A stretch of 64,000 bases of DNA, from contig CAVFFP010000005.1 of the NCBI GenBank assembly GCA_963621825.1, positions 7,417-71,416 on the forward strand, in the 5' to 3' direction. Position 1 is the first letter of the stretch, and each line of letters opens with the position of its first letter. Shown here in pieces: positions 27,394 to 37,964 of this stretch. Below the pieces are notes generated by a model. The model saw nothing but the letters and a program-made list of their open reading frames with translations. It ran no database searches and was not told the origin of the DNA. The stretch is from a bacterium (GTDB lineage Bacteria > Bacillota_I > Bacilli_A > RFN20 > CAG-288). A program made the position numbers and the translations under genes.

Positions 27394-28329
27394 TCATTTC
27401 TTCAATATGATGTTATCGATAAGTTTGTGTGCGTCTTTCAATTGAGAATCTATTCCTATGGAATTTGCTTTTCTATATTCCAAAGGTGTCAATCCTGTTT
27501 TGCTTTTGAATAGCTTTTGGAAATAATCTGTCCTGTATCCAAGTGTTTTAGCTACTTCTGATATGTTTTTGTCATTTTTGATCAGTGCTTCTTTTGCTTT
27601 TCTGATTTTGACATCGATTAAAAATGCACTCATATTGATTCCAGTTTCTTTTTTGAATAATCTAGAGAGATATTGTTTGTCATAGTGGAAGTATTCAGCT
27701 ATTTTTTCAATGCTATTGAGTTCCGCTGTATCCGGAGAAAAATAATAATATGTGATGATTTGAGATATCAAAGTGTTTTTTGTTGTTTTTTCCGAATCAT
27801 TTTCATAATAAAAATATTCTATTGATTTTAGTAACGCCTTCAAAAGATAAGACGTTACAATTGTATCTATATTTGATTTTTTAGCATTGACAATTTCGTT
27901 GAATAATGAAACCAAAGGCAGGTAATCCTTTAAAGCAAAGGATTGTGGCAAGACAACGTATCTATCGTTTCCAAGATAATCGTTTATCTTATTTTTGTTG
28001 ATCAAAGTCACATTAGGAGGAGTGATATGTAGAAAGAAAAAAGAACATTTTGATTTTTTCTTTCCACCGAAAGGAATTGAATTATCGCTGATGAAAATAC
28101 TGCCTTTCTTAAGGAGGAAGGCTTCTTTTCCCTGTTCTAGAGGTAGGCTACCATCGGTAACTAGAAACAATTCGACTTCTGTCATTGTCCTTTTTATGTG
28201 TTTTCTGTTGAAAACAGCGATAAAACCAGCCTCTGACACCGCTCCGATATTATCTAGGTCAAGCAAAAAATATTTCATGACAAAAGTATTATAATCACAA
28301 TTTAATATACAGAAAAAGACAATTGTCAT
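27394..28329 (-). CDS. AraC-family transcriptional regulator; the true start may be 28278
   Basis: The C-terminus has the AraC dual HTH (ISEVAKTLGYRTDYFQKLFKSKTGLTPLEYR). The internal Met start MKYFLLDLD at 28278 lies 9 nt after a TATAAT on the minus strand. That start would leave a more normal divergent promoter region of about 100 bp. Confidence 0.75.
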   Translation of the reverse strand: MTIVFFCILNCDYNTFVMKYFLLDLDNIGAVSEAGFIAVFNRKHIKRTMTEVELFLVTDGSLPLEQGKEAFLLKKGSIFISDNSIPFGGKKKSKCSFFFLHITPPNVTLINKNKINDYLGNDRYVVLPQSFALKDYLPLVSLFNEIVNAKKSNIDTIVTSYLLKALLKSIEYFYYENDSEKTTKNTLISQIITYYYFSPDTAELNSIEKIAEYFHYDKQYLSRLFKKETGINMSAFLIDVKIRKAKEALIKNDKNISEVAKTLGYRTDYFQKLFKSKTGLTPLEYRKANSIGIDSQLKDAHKLIDNIILKK

Positions 28330-28351
28330 TTTGACAAAGAAAAATTATTAT
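28323..28351 (+). promoter_or_regulatory. Candidate sigma-A promoter for the LamG/GH127-like gene
   Basis: TTGTCA (28323-28328), a 17 nt spacer, then TATTAT (28346-28351). The RBS AGAAAGGG and the ATG at 28378 follow. Confidence 0.4.
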
Positions 28352-28377
28352 AAAAATACAAGAAAGGGCTTACGTAT

Positions 28378-31300
28378 ATGAGAAATCCAATAAAAAAGTC
28401 ATGTTTGTTCGTTGCGATGTTTTTCCTTTTTGTGGCAGCTTCTTGTGGTGGGTCAGAAACATCAGACTCTTCTTCTGAAGCATCGAAGCAAACGACCACG
28501 AATCATACAGATACCTCTTCTGGTTCGGATACTAGTGATATAGATCCAGAACCTATCATCAAAAACACCTCTATCTATAATCTGGATTTCAAAGATTCAG
28601 ATTTTGGAAAAAATACTGCTGTAGAATCCGGGTATGCAGACGCTTTAAAAATAGGTGATAATATTGTTCGTTCTGAGAAAAAGCATAAAGGAAAGGAAGT
28701 TATTGAATTTAAAAACACATCTCATTTTAATTCATATTTTTCTTTGCCTGAGGATGTTCTCGAGCAGGATGAAATTACAATTGCACTTTGGGTGAAATTA
28801 CCGGAAGATTTGGCCGCTTTCAATAATAATGCCCCGCTTTTCTCGATTGCTTATGATGATGGCTATTTCTATACCTCGCCTTACGATGCTGGAACATGGT
28901 TCTCTTATTCGATGAATTCAAAATTGTCTGGTGAACAAGCGGTGAACCTGACTTTGGCGGAGCCCAGTGACAAATGTGCATGGCAGAATACCCCTCTTAG
29001 CGGGACTCTTCAGTCTCCGGCCGGTGCTTGGCAATTAGTTGGCTTCAGTTTTACGAAAGATGCATTGTACGTTTATCAGAACGGAAGAACGATGCTTACT
29101 TTTGAAGGCAATTATTCTTTGAAAGGGAAAAATATATCAGAATTCTTGCTTGGTTCTAGTTCTTTGTCTTCGGCTAATGATTTCAACGCCTCTATTTCTG
29201 ATTTCAGGATTTATGATAAGGTTTTGAATAATTATGACTATGTTTCTGAGTTTAGTCTTGTTTCTTCTGATTTTCTTACTGCGAATTATGAATTTGATGG
29301 AAACGGAAAAGAAACCGTTAGAAATTTTGATGCCACATTGGCAGGAACAGCATCTTACACGACGAAAGATGGCAAAGGAGTTGTTTATCTAGATGGCGAT
29401 AATCCCGGGACAGCTTCTGACCGTTCTTCTTTGACTTTGCCTAAACAAATTTTCTCTGGCCATAATGAGATAACACTTTCCACTGATATTTATCTAATCA
29501 ATTCCATGGATCGCTATCAACGAATATTCGATTTTTCTACAGGTGGTGGCAGATATTTTTCTCTTTTCGTTGGTTTTTCTGAGACGAACGATTTGAAATT
29601 AGAGTATACACCTGATGTAAATAGTAATCGACATAGTGTCATGAAGACGGGATATACTGTTCCAACGGAGAAATGGATCAATATTACTGTTACAGCTGAC
29701 AAGGAAAGAGGTGTTATCTATGTAGATGGCGTTCCGATTGCTGCTACGGAGGATTTCGGTTTTGATCCTGTCATCAATTACTATTTTCCTGATGTTGTAT
29801 CCACGATTGGAAGAACACAGTTCTACAATGACAATCCGCTTTCTGCTTATATCGATAATTTTAGGATGTATTCCATCGCCTTAGAAGAAAAAGAAATCAT
29901 GCAGCTTAACAATGTTATTACGATTCAGGATGATAAGATTGCTGTGGATAAGGTGGCATCTGAATACAAGATTGTTCAGAAGCATGATGCTCTGCTTCAG
30001 TTTGATGATTATGTTGATGAAGGTGTAAAGTTGTCTTATCAATCTATGAATCCTGACATTATTGATTCGAAAGGGAAAATCTATCAGGACGAAATAGATC
30101 ATGATGTCGATATTGAGGTTACATTCAAAAGAGGGGAATATAGTGTGAAAAAAACGTATACAGTAAATGTAAAATCCTTCCATCAAGTGACACGTAAATT
30201 AGAGAATACTGACTTAGAGGATGTCACATATGATAGTGAAAGCTATTATGATAAGACTATGATGTCTAATCTAGACTATCTGTTTAAGTTGGATGTCGAA
30301 AGACTCTTATACAACTATCGTTTGAATGCAGGATTGGACACAAAAGGATATGAAGGATATGGAGGGTGGATCAGCACATCTTGTGGAGGGGCTGGACAAT
30401 TTGAATCACAGTATATAGGAACTTTGGCAAGATATACTCTGACAAAACCAGATTATGTTTCTGAAAGTTCACCAGAATACGTGAACACTCCTTTTAAGAG
30501 ATTATATTATATGCTCACAGAGATTCGTAAATGTCAGGTGGCATATGGTGAAAAGTATCCGGACCAGAAAGGATATTTGAGTGCGTTTACTCATCTTTGC
30601 ATAGAAGCAATCAAAAATGGTACATCCAGCGTTGATCAGGGAGACGGAATACATGGAACGGTTCCTGTTGGTGGTGTGAATGCCTGGGTTCCTTTCTATA
30701 TGTATCATAAAAATCTGATGATGTGCTATGACGTATATCAATATGTCGAAGATTCAGAATGCAAGTCGCTGGCGTTCAAGATGCTGACTGATGCTTGTGA
30801 TTGGACTTATAATGCTATCATCGATCTGAGTGAAACGGAAAGAGCGAATGTTCTTGGCTTCGAATATGGTGGCATGAGTGAAGTTATGTATTTGACTTAC
30901 AAAATCACAAAGAACTCTGATTATCTCAAGGTTGCTAGGTTTTTTGAGCAGGAATCCTTACTGGATAACATCTATAACAATGTGAATTGCCTTAAGGGAA
31001 TTCATTCTAACACAACGGTTCCTAAGATACTTGGAGCTGCTGCTGCATATGAAGTCACTGGCAACGAGTATTACAAAGTGATTTGTGAAAATTTCTGGGA
31101 GATGGTTAATTCAGATATGTCCTATGCTAATGGTGGTTTTTCATTAGATGAGCATTTTGAAACACCAGGAGTTACTTCACAGGGATGTTATGGTGAGGAA
31201 ACTTGCTGTTCTTATAACTTCATGATGCTGACGGATTACCTGTATCGTTGGACTGGTAAGGCTAAGTATTTTGATTATTTTGAAAATCTTTTCTATAACC

Positions 31301-32673
31301 ATATCATGTCTTCGATTGATCCAGCAACTGGAGGAAAGACATACCCGACTTCAACCGCTTTCGGCTATCATAAGATTTACAGTGCGGATGTTGATGCCTT
31401 CTGGTGCTGTTGCTGTACCGGTCAGGAGACGTTCTCGAAACTTGTCTATGGAAATTATCATCTCTCTGCTGAGAAGATTTATATACAAATGTATAACCCT
31501 ACAACATTGTCTATGGATGATAAGTCTATCTCTATCACTGGTGATCTGCTGACAGATGAAAAAGTACATCTTTCTGTTTCAAAAGAGGATTCCTATCAGA
31601 TCAGATTAAGAAAGCCCTCTTGGACAACACCGACAATTACAATTAACGGAAAAGAATACGCCTATAAAACAGATGAGGATGGCTATATGGTTTTAGATGA
31701 CAAACTGAAACCGACGGACAACATTGTCATTAACCTTCCTATGCAGATTTATATGAAGGAACAGAAAGGAGTCAACAATAGTTATGCACTCTTCTATGGA
31801 CCGATGATGCTTGTTGCAGACTTGGGAATCCAGGAAGGAGATACGTATATTTCGACAAATCAGACAGGAACCTATCAGTCGAACGGCTCGTTCCTTAGCT
31901 ATGATGGTGCCTACTCCGGTAGCATTTCTCAGATTAATGTCATGGAGGATTTCGATTTAAAGAATATTTCCACCAGAATCGTGAAAACCATGGAAGATGG
32001 AAAATTGAGGTTTACTTTGACAGCGGATAATCAGATAGTAACCTTTATTCCGTTTATTGACTGCATCTATAATCGTTTCTCAATGTATATGTATTATTTT
32101 GATCAGGATGCGTTGAATGTTTTTGAATTTGATGGTGAAAGACATGATATTTCAACCTCATCTAGTTCAGGATGGTCTATTTGTAAGGAACAATCATCTA
32201 ATATTTCTGCTTTCCGTACAGCTGGTCTTTCATTAAGAGGTGGAGAACAGAAAATCATCAACGACAATATTGAACTGAAAGGAGACTATGAAGTCGGCTT
32301 CCAAGTTAGTGGAACAGGTTCTGTATATGGTGGTTTGTATCTTGGTGCATCAAATCCACACAATGAATTGGATGCTATCAAAGCATTGAATGTTAATGTT
32401 GAGCGTGATCCGGGTAATTCATCTTGGAGAATTATGATATATCAGTTCAATCAATCTTATTTAGGATGTATAGGGTCGGCAGCTGTGCTTTCAGGCGATT
32501 CTATTTCAATTCGTGTGCTTGTAAAAGCCGGTCGTCTCTATGTTTTTGCTAATGGTGAAGTAGCTCCGCGAATCAATATCAATATTTCATCTTCGTGGAC
32601 GAATGGCCATATTGGCATTCGAAATCAGTCTTCCTCTACGGCAACATATTCCAATCTGTATTATAAGCAGTGA
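28378..32673 (+). CDS. Giant surface lipoprotein with two LamG-like lectin modules, a GH127/GH146-type (DUF1680) beta-L-arabinofuranosidase-like catalytic region and C-terminal beta-sandwich modules
   Basis: 1431 aa with lipobox FVAASCGG and an S/T-rich linker. LamG_3-type endings are present (SISDFRIYDKVL, YIDNFRMYSIALEEKEI). The DUF1680 N-terminal signature is LEDVTYDSESYYDKTMMSNLDYLFKLDVERLLYNYRLNAGLDTKGYEGYGGW. Cys-rich active-site-like segments are GEETCCSYNFMML and AFWCCCCTGQETF. Confidence 0.7.
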   Translation: MRNPIKKSCLFVAMFFLFVAASCGGSETSDSSSEASKQTTTNHTDTSSGSDTSDIDPEPIIKNTSIYNLDFKDSDFGKNTAVESGYADALKIGDNIVRSEKKHKGKEVIEFKNTSHFNSYFSLPEDVLEQDEITIALWVKLPEDLAAFNNNAPLFSIAYDDGYFYTSPYDAGTWFSYSMNSKLSGEQAVNLTLAEPSDKCAWQNTPLSGTLQSPAGAWQLVGFSFTKDALYVYQNGRTMLTFEGNYSLKGKNISEFLLGSSSLSSANDFNASISDFRIYDKVLNNYDYVSEFSLVSSDFLTANYEFDGNGKETVRNFDATLAGTASYTTKDGKGVVYLDGDNPGTASDRSSLTLPKQIFSGHNEITLSTDIYLINSMDRYQRIFDFSTGGGRYFSLFVGFSETNDLKLEYTPDVNSNRHSVMKTGYTVPTEKWINITVTADKERGVIYVDGVPIAATEDFGFDPVINYYFPDVVSTIGRTQFYNDNPLSAYIDNFRMYSIALEEKEIMQLNNVITIQDDKIAVDKVASEYKIVQKHDALLQFDDYVDEGVKLSYQSMNPDIIDSKGKIYQDEIDHDVDIEVTFKRGEYSVKKTYTVNVKSFHQVTRKLENTDLEDVTYDSESYYDKTMMSNLDYLFKLDVERLLYNYRLNAGLDTKGYEGYGGWISTSCGGAGQFESQYIGTLARYTLTKPDYVSESSPEYVNTPFKRLYYMLTEIRKCQVAYGEKYPDQKGYLSAFTHLCIEAIKNGTSSVDQGDGIHGTVPVGGVNAWVPFYMYHKNLMMCYDVYQYVEDSECKSLAFKMLTDACDWTYNAIIDLSETERANVLGFEYGGMSEVMYLTYKITKNSDYLKVARFFEQESLLDNIYNNVNCLKGIHSNTTVPKILGAAAAYEVTGNEYYKVICENFWEMVNSDMSYANGGFSLDEHFETPGVTSQGCYGEETCCSYNFMMLTDYLYRWTGKAKYFDYFENLFYNHIMSSIDPATGGKTYPTSTAFGYHKIYSADVDAFWCCCCTGQETFSKLVYGNYHLSAEKIYIQMYNPTTLSMDDKSISITGDLLTDEKVHLSVSKEDSYQIRLRKPSWTTPTITINGKEYAYKTDEDGYMVLDDKLKPTDNIVINLPMQIYMKEQKGVNNSYALFYGPMMLVADLGIQEGDTYISTNQTGTYQSNGSFLSYDGAYSGSISQINVMEDFDLKNISTRIVKTMEDGKLRFTLTADNQIVTFIPFIDCIYNRFSMYMYYFDQDALNVFEFDGERHDISTSSSSGWSICKEQSSNISAFRTAGLSLRGGEQKIINDNIELKGDYEVGFQVSGTGSVYGGLYLGASNPHNELDAIKALNVNVERDPGNSSWRIMIYQFNQSYLGCIGSAAVLSGDSISIRVLVKAGRLYVFANGEVAPRININISSSWTNGHIGIRNQSSSTATYSNLYYKQ

Positions 32674-32704
32674 TGGTTAGAAACAAAAAGGAGGTAACAT
32701 AATA

Positions 32705-34690
32705 ATGAAAAAGAAAATTTTTGTTCTTACCGCATTGGCTTTGCTTGTAAGCTGTGGTGCCAATCCTAGTACAAGCGAAGACACATCCACTAACTCATCT
32801 ACCGTCAGTGACTCGGCAAAGTCCTCTTTGCCTGTCACAACAGACAAAACACCTGTCACTTCATCGGGCACAGAAAAGAGCGAAGACACATCAATCTCAT
32901 CTGAAACAACTCATGTTCATTCTTTTGGGGAATGGGAATTCGTCGATGAGAATGATCATCAAAGAGAATGTGAGTGTGGTGAAATAGAAGTCGCTGAACA
33001 TGAATGGAGTGAAGAGGTCGTCATCCATGCTCCAACAATTACGGGAAAAGGTGAAAGCAAATATACCTGCCTTGATTGTGGATACACGAAGAATGTAGAG
33101 ACAGATAAAACGGTTGACACAAATCTCATTTATGCTTTGGATTTTGAAAATGAGGATGACCGCGCTTGCAGTGTTGTCGAAACAAATTGTTCTAAGGCAA
33201 GCATTGTGGATAACGGTGGAGTGGTTTATGAAGCAAATGCATTCAACGGAAAAACTGTTGCTAAATTCACATCCGCTGGATCACATCAGAATTATATCCG
33301 ACTTCCGAAGGAAATTATGGATAATGATGAAATCACTGTTACAGGATGGTTTAATCTTTCAAGTGCTCAGAAAGTCACTTGGGGTCGATTGTTTTACATG
33401 GCGTCGGATGTTGAAACAGTCACTGACGTTCCACGTCTTGAAATGATGCCTTTCCAAGGCAATTATGGTGGCGTCAAATGGGATTTATATGATTCAGTGG
33501 ATAAATCTTGGAATGACGGTTGGTTGAATCAGGGTGCGGCATATGAGCAACCGAATACCCCTGCTGCAAGAGGCGCTATACAATCGACAGATGTGTGGGT
33601 TCATTATGCGTGGGTCTTAAAAGATCAGGGGTTTAAATTCTATGCCAATGGTCTTTGCATTTTTGAGGACAACACAAAGAATCTTTCACCAAGACATTAT
33701 GCCGGTGACAAATCAGGTATTACATTCTTTGCCACTTTCCGTGAGGATTCGGATGACTTCAGTGGTTCCGTTTCCGATGTCAGGGTATACAATAAAGAAC
33801 TTACTGAGGGGGAAATACTTGATGTTGCGGATATTGATTTTGAGAATACAAAAACATTTGATGTTGATTTCGAAAGTGGCATAGATTCCTCTATACGTGG
33901 ATTCACTGGCGAAAATAGAGGAGATACTTCTCTTATTGACGAAAACGGATCAAAAGTTGCTCAGTTTGTCGGCGGTTCATCCAATACGCAGGGAATTAAA
34001 TATTACGGAAAACAGATACTTGCCGGTTCTCATCAGTTGACGATTGATACAGATATCTATGTTGATCCTTCTACACCAGAATTCAGTCGTGTTTTCCAAG
34101 GCCAAATCAATTCAAATTATGGTGGATGCATTTTGGCATTATGGGCAGATCCGGTTGGAAAACTTTGCTTGAAATGGTCTCAAAATTGGGATGTTGATTG
34201 CTCTTACATGGATTTTGCCTGTACATTAGGTAAATGGCATCATATCGTAATTTCTCTCGATTCAAAGTCTGTCATAGTTATGATGGATGGTAGCATTGTC
34301 AGCAAAACAGACTTTGTCTATTATGATTCTGTATTCTGGGATGGAACTGCATGTTTCTTTTTTGGCGATCAGGATGTATGGAACGATGGGGCGTTTGTAG
34401 GTAAGATCGACAACTTCTCAATGTATAGTTATTCATTGCAAAAGGCTGTTACTGCATTTACGGCTAAGATTGAGAATTTGACTCTATACCATGACGAGAA
34501 AACAAACATTTATGGATTTGAAAATTTCAAATATCGTTACAATGAATTGGACGATATGACAAAAGGCATCGTCAAGGCTACGGAAGGCAATGAGAATGGC
34601 ACTGTTCTTGAAAAACTTATTTATCAGTACGATTTATCTATATTTGATTTAGGAGTAGAATACGATTTCCTAGGAAGATTTGCAGACTAA
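32705..34690 (+). CDS. Surface lipoprotein with a Cys/His-rich module and two LamG-like lectin modules
   Basis: 661 aa with lipobox LLVSCGAN and an S/T linker. The Cys/His-rich segment is HVHSFGEWEFVDENDHQRECECGEIEVAEHEW...YTCLDCGY. LamG_3-type endings are SVSDVRVYNKELTEGEI and KIDNFSMYSYSL. Confidence 0.65.
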   Translation: MKKKIFVLTALALLVSCGANPSTSEDTSTNSSTVSDSAKSSLPVTTDKTPVTSSGTEKSEDTSISSETTHVHSFGEWEFVDENDHQRECECGEIEVAEHEWSEEVVIHAPTITGKGESKYTCLDCGYTKNVETDKTVDTNLIYALDFENEDDRACSVVETNCSKASIVDNGGVVYEANAFNGKTVAKFTSAGSHQNYIRLPKEIMDNDEITVTGWFNLSSAQKVTWGRLFYMASDVETVTDVPRLEMMPFQGNYGGVKWDLYDSVDKSWNDGWLNQGAAYEQPNTPAARGAIQSTDVWVHYAWVLKDQGFKFYANGLCIFEDNTKNLSPRHYAGDKSGITFFATFREDSDDFSGSVSDVRVYNKELTEGEILDVADIDFENTKTFDVDFESGIDSSIRGFTGENRGDTSLIDENGSKVAQFVGGSSNTQGIKYYGKQILAGSHQLTIDTDIYVDPSTPEFSRVFQGQINSNYGGCILALWADPVGKLCLKWSQNWDVDCSYMDFACTLGKWHHIVISLDSKSVIVMMDGSIVSKTDFVYYDSVFWDGTACFFFGDQDVWNDGAFVGKIDNFSMYSYSLQKAVTAFTAKIENLTLYHDEKTNIYGFENFKYRYNELDDMTKGIVKATEGNENGTVLEKLIYQYDLSIFDLGVEYDFLGRFAD

Positions 34691-34704
34691 TGCGACTATT
34701 TTAA

Positions 34705-34741
34705 TGCCTTATGGATATGCTTTATGACACTCCATAAGGCA
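34705..34741. terminator. Hairpin between convergent genes, a possible terminator
   Basis: TGCCTTATGGA (34705-34715) pairs with TCCATAAGGCA (34731-34741) across a 15 nt loop. The T-run is weak. Confidence 0.4.
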
Positions 34742-34800
34742 CTTTAAATTCTAATCCATGCTAAAAAGATGGAAATCAGAAAGTATAGTAGTATCTACGC

Positions 34801-37212
34801 TTATTTATCTTTTTTACACATCTCGATAAGTCCTCGGATAATGCGATTGTTGCACATGTAGAGTAAACCTTGTGCGACGGGATATTTCAGCATGCCAGAG
34901 GATGAGTAGCAGAGACTTCTAAGACTGTTATTAGGAACCATCTTCAGAACGAATAAAGCAGCCTTCTTTTCTCTTTCTCTTAATAAAGGTTCTTTGATCT
35001 TCTCTGCTTTTCTGAAATTCTTATTTGCTAATCGGATAGCAGTATTTCGGAAGATCTTTCCAAAGAAGGTGTTGAAGTCTCCAATCGGTGTCTCGAATGT
35101 GATTTTCTTTTTCTTGATGATCTCAGGTATTTTATATCCTAACAGTTCTTCATATTCTTCTTTTGTGATATCCGTTAAGGTATCTAAGTTCTGATATCGT
35201 TTTATCACTCTTTCACTATAGGGATTCTTTAACTCTTCTCCGTCTAAGGTGAGCGAGGAAGAGAGTCTTATATCCAGAATAGAGGATCCTATTTCAAAAG
35301 TATATTCACCTTTTTCAAATCGGAAGGTTTTGCTTTCGATATCGTAAAGCTTCAAATCCTCTTTCCGCACTATTACCTCTACTTGTTTCTTCACACCTTT
35401 TTCAAGAAATACTTTGGTGAATCCTTTGAGTTCCTTTTTCGGCGTTATCAGACTGCTATGATGAGAGATATAGACTTCTGCAATTTCCTTAGCATCATAA
35501 TTACCTATATTCTCGATGGTAAAGATGAGAACGATCTCTTTCTCTTTTTCTTCGATATGAAGGTCAGAATAATTGAATTTGGAATAGGATAATCCATATC
35601 CGAATGGGTAACGGATGCAGTCTTTCTTTTCTAGATAATATCGATATCCGACAAAGATAGATTCCTTATAGAGCTCATTCATAGAGGAAGTGAACTCGTT
35701 TCCGAAAGGTACATCCTTATAATCTTTCACCCATGTCTCAGCTAATTTACCGCTAGGGGAGCAGTTTCCGAAGAGCAGGTTATAGCATCCTTCTGCACCT
35801 CCTTCACCCGGAAGGAGAAGGTCAAGGATAGCGGATACGGAATCTAGTACATCCTCAGCAATGACGCTTCCGTTATGTAGGATAAGGACTACCTTCTTAT
35901 TCATGGATATCAGCTTTGTCAAAAGCGATACCTGATTCTTAGGCATGGATAGATCATCTCTGTCAAATCCTTCCGATTCCACGTAATCATTTAGTCCACC
36001 AAAGAAGAGGATTGTCTCCTCTTTGTCTTTAACGGATGCGATAGTCTTATCTTCTAACTCTTTGTTTATTTCTGTTTCCTCTTCTTTGAACCCCTGATAG
36101 TATTCATAATCTACATGGTTCTTATCGAATATGTCACGATGTGAGTAAAGACAGTATGGATTGAGCAAAGCGGATCCGGAACCTTGATAACGGATTTTGT
36201 CAAAGAAGTCACCGATGACAAGATACTTCTTTTCTTTCTTTAAGGGGAGAAGGTTATCCTCATTCTTTAATAGAACCGCACTATTTTCGACGGCTTCTAC
36301 AGATAGTGCGTAGTCTTTTTTAAAGTCTGCTTCCTTCTTTTCATTTCTTGTCTTTTCGATTGCGGTTAGGATTCTTTTTACTGAATCATCCAGTAAAGAG
36401 ATATCGATTTCTTTCCTATTTACTTTATCGATTAAAAGAGAGATAGAGTGTTTGACTTGACCTGGCATTTCAAGATCAGTTCCACCTTTTAATCCAGTAT
36501 CTCTTGAAACGATTCCGCCCCAGTCCGTCATGCTAACACCATCGAATCCCCATGTATCTCTTAAGATTTCTTTTAAGAGATAACTGTTCTCAGAACAGTG
36601 AACTCCATTGACTTTGTTATATGCGGACATGATGGCATAAGGATGGGATTCCTTGACTGCCATTTCAAATGGCTTAAGATAAATTTCATGTAGCGCTCTC
36701 TGGTCTATGATGGAGTTTCCGACAAAACGATACTTTTCATTGTTGTTGCAGGCAAAGTGCTTCAGGCAGCATCCTACACCTTTCTCCTGCACTCCTTTTA
36801 CATAGTTTGTGGCCAGGATTCCGGATAGATAGGGGTCCTCAGAAAAGTATTCGAAATTTCTTCCGCATAATGGATTGCGTTTTATATTGATGGCAGGGCC
36901 TAAGACAATGTTTACATCATAGTGAATAGCTTCTTCTCCGATTGCATTACCAACGCGCTGAATCAAGTCGGTATCATAACTGGAAGCGAGATTGACTCCG
37001 GAAGGGAAACAGGTAGAGGGTAATGTATTGGAGATTCCGTTTAAGGAATTTCCGCCTTGGGCTTCTACACGTAATCCATTCGGACCATCCGAAAGGATGA
37101 GAGAAGGAACGGATAATCTATCAATCGGATAGGTTTTCATGTTTCCATAACCACAAAGAATGGTAGCCTTCTCTTCTAACGTCATTTCCTTGATTGTTTT
37201 TTCGATGTTCAT
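34801..37212 (-). CDS. GH3 beta-glucosidase (BglX-like), paralog of 21561..24002
   Basis: 803 aa with LSDGPNGLR, SMTDWGG and the same type of C-terminal extension. No signal peptide is present. Confidence 0.9.
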   Translation of the reverse strand: MNIEKTIKEMTLEEKATILCGYGNMKTYPIDRLSVPSLILSDGPNGLRVEAQGGNSLNGISNTLPSTCFPSGVNLASSYDTDLIQRVGNAIGEEAIHYDVNIVLGPAINIKRNPLCGRNFEYFSEDPYLSGILATNYVKGVQEKGVGCCLKHFACNNNEKYRFVGNSIIDQRALHEIYLKPFEMAVKESHPYAIMSAYNKVNGVHCSENSYLLKEILRDTWGFDGVSMTDWGGIVSRDTGLKGGTDLEMPGQVKHSISLLIDKVNRKEIDISLLDDSVKRILTAIEKTRNEKKEADFKKDYALSVEAVENSAVLLKNEDNLLPLKKEKKYLVIGDFFDKIRYQGSGSALLNPYCLYSHRDIFDKNHVDYEYYQGFKEEETEINKELEDKTIASVKDKEETILFFGGLNDYVESEGFDRDDLSMPKNQVSLLTKLISMNKKVVLILHNGSVIAEDVLDSVSAILDLLLPGEGGAEGCYNLLFGNCSPSGKLAETWVKDYKDVPFGNEFTSSMNELYKESIFVGYRYYLEKKDCIRYPFGYGLSYSKFNYSDLHIEEKEKEIVLIFTIENIGNYDAKEIAEVYISHHSSLITPKKELKGFTKVFLEKGVKKQVEVIVRKEDLKLYDIESKTFRFEKGEYTFEIGSSILDIRLSSSLTLDGEELKNPYSERVIKRYQNLDTLTDITKEEYEELLGYKIPEIIKKKKITFETPIGDFNTFFGKIFRNTAIRLANKNFRKAEKIKEPLLREREKKAALFVLKMVPNNSLRSLCYSSSGMLKYPVAQGLLYMCNNRIIRGLIEMCKKDK

Positions 37213-37304
37213 AAGTCACCTCAGTTGTTTATTATTATAAGGTATTTGCTTGTCATATCAGTAAATTAGTATTTATAATTTTGAGGAAAGAAGGAGAAAG
37301 CATC

Positions 37305-37964
37305 ATGTTTGAGGATAAAAGAGGAAATGTGTCGGAGTATGATATCGATACGATAAAAGAGGATATCTCTTCTCCTTTGAAAGGGAAGAATATCTGTTTT
37401 TTAGGTTCCTCTGTAACGAAGGGATTTGGATCCTTGGATGTCTCTTTTCCAGAATTCCTATCTAAGGAATGCGGAATCACATTCTTGAAAGAGGCGAAAA
37501 ACGGAACAACATTAGTCAATGAGGGTGAGGATTCATATGTAAGTCGATTATATCGCATCGATAAAAAGAATCGCTTTGATTGCTTTGTCGTTCAGTTATC
37601 GACCAATGATGCATCCAAAGGAAAAGAACTAGGAAAAGCGGATGACATTGATGATAAGTCAATATGTGGTGCTATCAATACAATCATTTCCTATATTGAA
37701 GAAAATTATCATTGTCCTATCCTTTTCTATACGAATCCGTATTATGAGATGGAGAACTATAAGTGTATGGTCTCATTATTGCATGAGATAGAAAAGAACA
37801 GAAAAATATACGTCTTAGATTTATTCAATGATAAAGAATTCAACAGCGAACTAAACAAAGATAAAGATCTTTACATGGTAGACGATATTCATCCTTCTAA
37901 GGCTGGATATCGTCTTATTACTCATAAAATGAAGGAAGCTTTAACTGTTATTTTAGGAAAATAG
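37305..37964 (+). CDS. SGNH/GDSL-family hydrolase (probable carbohydrate esterase)
   Basis: The ATG at 37305 follows the RBS GAAGGAGAAAG, and a TATAAT lies at 37274-37279. Block I is ICFLGSSVTKG, block III is LSTNDA, and block V is DDIHPSKAGY. Confidence 0.7.
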   Translation: MFEDKRGNVSEYDIDTIKEDISSPLKGKNICFLGSSVTKGFGSLDVSFPEFLSKECGITFLKEAKNGTTLVNEGEDSYVSRLYRIDKKNRFDCFVVQLSTNDASKGKELGKADDIDDKSICGAINTIISYIEENYHCPILFYTNPYYEMENYKCMVSLLHEIEKNRKIYVLDLFNDKEFNSELNKDKDLYMVDDIHPSKAGYRLITHKMKEALTVILGK

